Shown here piece by piece: positions 61,943-64,000 of a DNA stretch of 64,000 nucleotides. This DNA is from Antechinus flavipes. Its lineage: Eukaryota. Each line of letters opens with the position of its first letter. The stretch's first letter is position 1. A model generated the notes under the pieces. That model ran no database searches. It was not told where the DNA came from and saw nothing but the letters and a program-made list of their open reading frames with translations. A program made the position numbers and the translations under genes. The stretch spans positions 63,674,001 through 63,738,000 of the forward strand of contig NC_067402.1 of NCBI RefSeq assembly GCF_016432865.1, in the 5' to 3' direction.

Positions 61943-62849
61943 ATTTGGAAGCACAATAGTTTGAGAATGTGAAAGAGAGAAGGGGTTCGGAAGTTTGTGG
62001 TACAAAGAGATATATGACTGGAAACCAAAAGTCAAAGAAACAGCCAAGTAACAATTCTGAGGGATACAATATTAAGAAAGTATTTTGGCCAAGAAGGATG
62101 AATCACATTATTTTTTTCTACTTAAATAAGATTAGTTGTTAGAATTTTCTTCATTATGTAATTTTTTTGATGGAAGGGAATTTTTAGATTTAGAATTTTA
62201 TCCTAAAAACATTCAAAGAATTTTTAAAACTCTTAATATCGTCTGCTACATGTTAATTTCTACTACATATTAATTCCCATGGCTCTCTAATGTAAACCTT
62301 TGTCTCATCTATCTAAGGATATGTACATAGGGAACTGAAGTTTAAGAATGAACAGACCACAGAAATATCTAAGTATCACATCAATAATATAGGAAAAGGC
62401 AATGGGCGTTGCCAATTTTCTTTAATATTAAATGGAGTCTCCATTTTTACACAAGAAGTTGTTTTTCATTCAAACTAAACTCTAATATTCAGAAAGTATT
62501 CAAAACCAATAACATTCCAAAATGCAAAGCCTTAAGAGTTAGGATATTCAGCCCCTGCAAGTAGGGAGACTTGCTAATACAGCAAATATGAAACCAGAAT
62601 TTTGGAGGACACTTTATTTGAACCACTTTCTCAGTTTTATTTTGATTTCATTTAATTTTTTAAAGATTTTGAATGCAGAGAGTGCACAGATAGAGAGGAA
62701 AGCCACAGAGGCACGTGCCTTATCATTGTAGGAATTGCTTTTTCTTTACTTTTAAAATTGGAGTTTAGCACATAAAGATGAAAATACAATGTCCTGTTTT
62801 TATGCAAGAAGGTTCAGATAAAAGGTTCTTTTGATAAGAAGGAGGAATA

Positions 62850-62970
62850 GATTAATAAGCATTTATTAAGCACTCACTAATTGTCAGGCACTATGCTAAG
62901 CTCTGGGTCCAAAAAGAAAAAAGGCAGTTCTTGTCATCAGGGAGCTTACATTTTGAAAGGGAAGACAGCA
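62850..62970 (-). mobile_element. L2 3' end
   Basis: AAGCATTTATTAAGCACTCAC...GTCAGGCACTATGCTAAG. Confidence 0.8.
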
Positions 62971-63719
62971 GAAGAGGGAGGTTTTGGTAACAGATAAATA
63001 GGGCAATTGATTGACATGTCCCTTCCAGGAATGGTAGTGTTGCTTTGATTTGATGGGGAAGAGATGGCACTCAGCCTCGTGGCACTCAGACAGCATGGAA
63101 GCAACAGCTGGTTAGATATGGTGAATTTACACCAATCAGAAGTCCCATTGGCCCAAGTGCTGGAGTTAGATTTCTAGGTCAAAGGTTGCTTTTCTTGTTT
63201 GATTTGACTAGTTGTGCAGTTGTATACAAACATTTTTTAATAAACATTTGGTGACAACTTTGAATGAGAGGCCATTGGTTATGCAGTGACAGACTACTGG
63301 GCTCAGCATCAAGGAGACTGGAATTCAAATCCAGACACTTAATTACCATGTGACCCTGGGCACAATCCCTCAAGGGACCTATATTTTACTACTACCTAGG
63401 TGGGAGCATGTGGTTATACAGGTCTATACTCTGGAGTATCCTGCTTGGCTTGTTCTGTCTTGAAGTTGCCTCATATTCCCAAATTAACTCTCCCTCTCAG
63501 ATCCAAGTCATGATGCTCTAAGGAATTAAGTGATTTCTTAATCTGGTAATGTTATCGTGCATTATGTACTGTGCTGAATGCTCTGTGATTATTATCTCAT
63601 TTGATCTTCACCATTACAGTAGAGGGTTAAGTGTAGAACCTTGGAGGTTTTCTTGGCAAAGAAACTGGAATGGTTTGCCATTTCCTTTTCTAGTTCATTT
63701 TACAGATGAGGAAATTGAC

Positions 63720-64000
63720 AATCCTTGAAGACACTCTTTGAAGACACTCCAAGTATTCTCTTCTATAGGTTAAACTTCTCTAGTATCTGCAATCAATCTT
63801 CAATCAATAAGGTCTCAAGGCTTTTTCATTTTCATGGTCATCTTCTTGATTTATCTTTACTGAAATATGACATCCCCTTCCCCAAAAAGCAACAACTAAG
63901 TACCACACTCTATGTGTAGTCTTACCAGAGCATAGTGGGACTATCACCTCCCAGTTCTGGACCCCATCCTGAGCTTGTAGTCCCCTCAGGTCTCTTTGGA
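63720..64000 (-). mobile_element. L3/CR1 fragment (runs off the window)
   Basis: CCAAGTATTCTCTTCTATAGGTTAAAC and CTTACCAGAGCATAGTGGGACTATCACCTCCC antisense CR1 motifs. Confidence 0.65.

Larger units (their letters stand above)
42849..64000 (-). other. ODAD2: Last intron of ODAD2 (3' part; more than 21 kb)
   Basis: No sequence encoding the expected penultimate exon (...[22 protein letters not shown]-like) was found upstream in the window. Confidence 0.75.

Noticed and set aside
61424-62069. Longest ORFs in the track (207, 198, 113, 101 aa)
   Set aside because: Translations of a GA/CT low-complexity tract; stop-poor by composition, with no domain or splice context.
1-64000. CRISPR arrays, true tRNA/rRNA genes, prokaryotic-type systems
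   Set aside because: None seen. tRNA-like box A/B motifs all belong to SINE heads, and the sequence is mammalian intergenic/intronic DNA.

Overview
AT-rich, strongly CpG-depleted vertebrate genomic DNA. The repeat content (WSINE1, Mar1-type CORE-SINEs, MIR/MIR3, L1 3' ends, L2, L3/CR1, hAT MITEs, a solo LTR) points to an Australian marsupial, probably a dasyurid; this is inference. Only one coding exon is recognisable: the terminal exon of ODAD2 (ARMC4) on the minus strand at 42735-42848 ([37 protein letters not shown]). Sequence above 42848 is its last intron; the penultimate exon was not found in the window. Sequence below about 42400 is intergenic, and in human it leads towards MKX. The supplied ORFs I could assess are microsatellite, low-complexity or repeat translations, or lack recognisable homology. 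The most unusual structure is a 191-bp-arm inverted duplication (26827-27017 / 27274-27464). Its right arm was inserted into an older MIR, its inner 103 bp are perfectly matched, all 6 mismatches lie in the outer 88 bp, and it abuts a 530-bp polypurine tract. Several repeat-free, motif-rich blocks are candidate long-range enhancers, the best at 54030-54620. I found no convincing new gene system. Repeat family names come from remembered consensus motifs, not a database search, and boundaries without target-site duplications (TSDs) are approximate.
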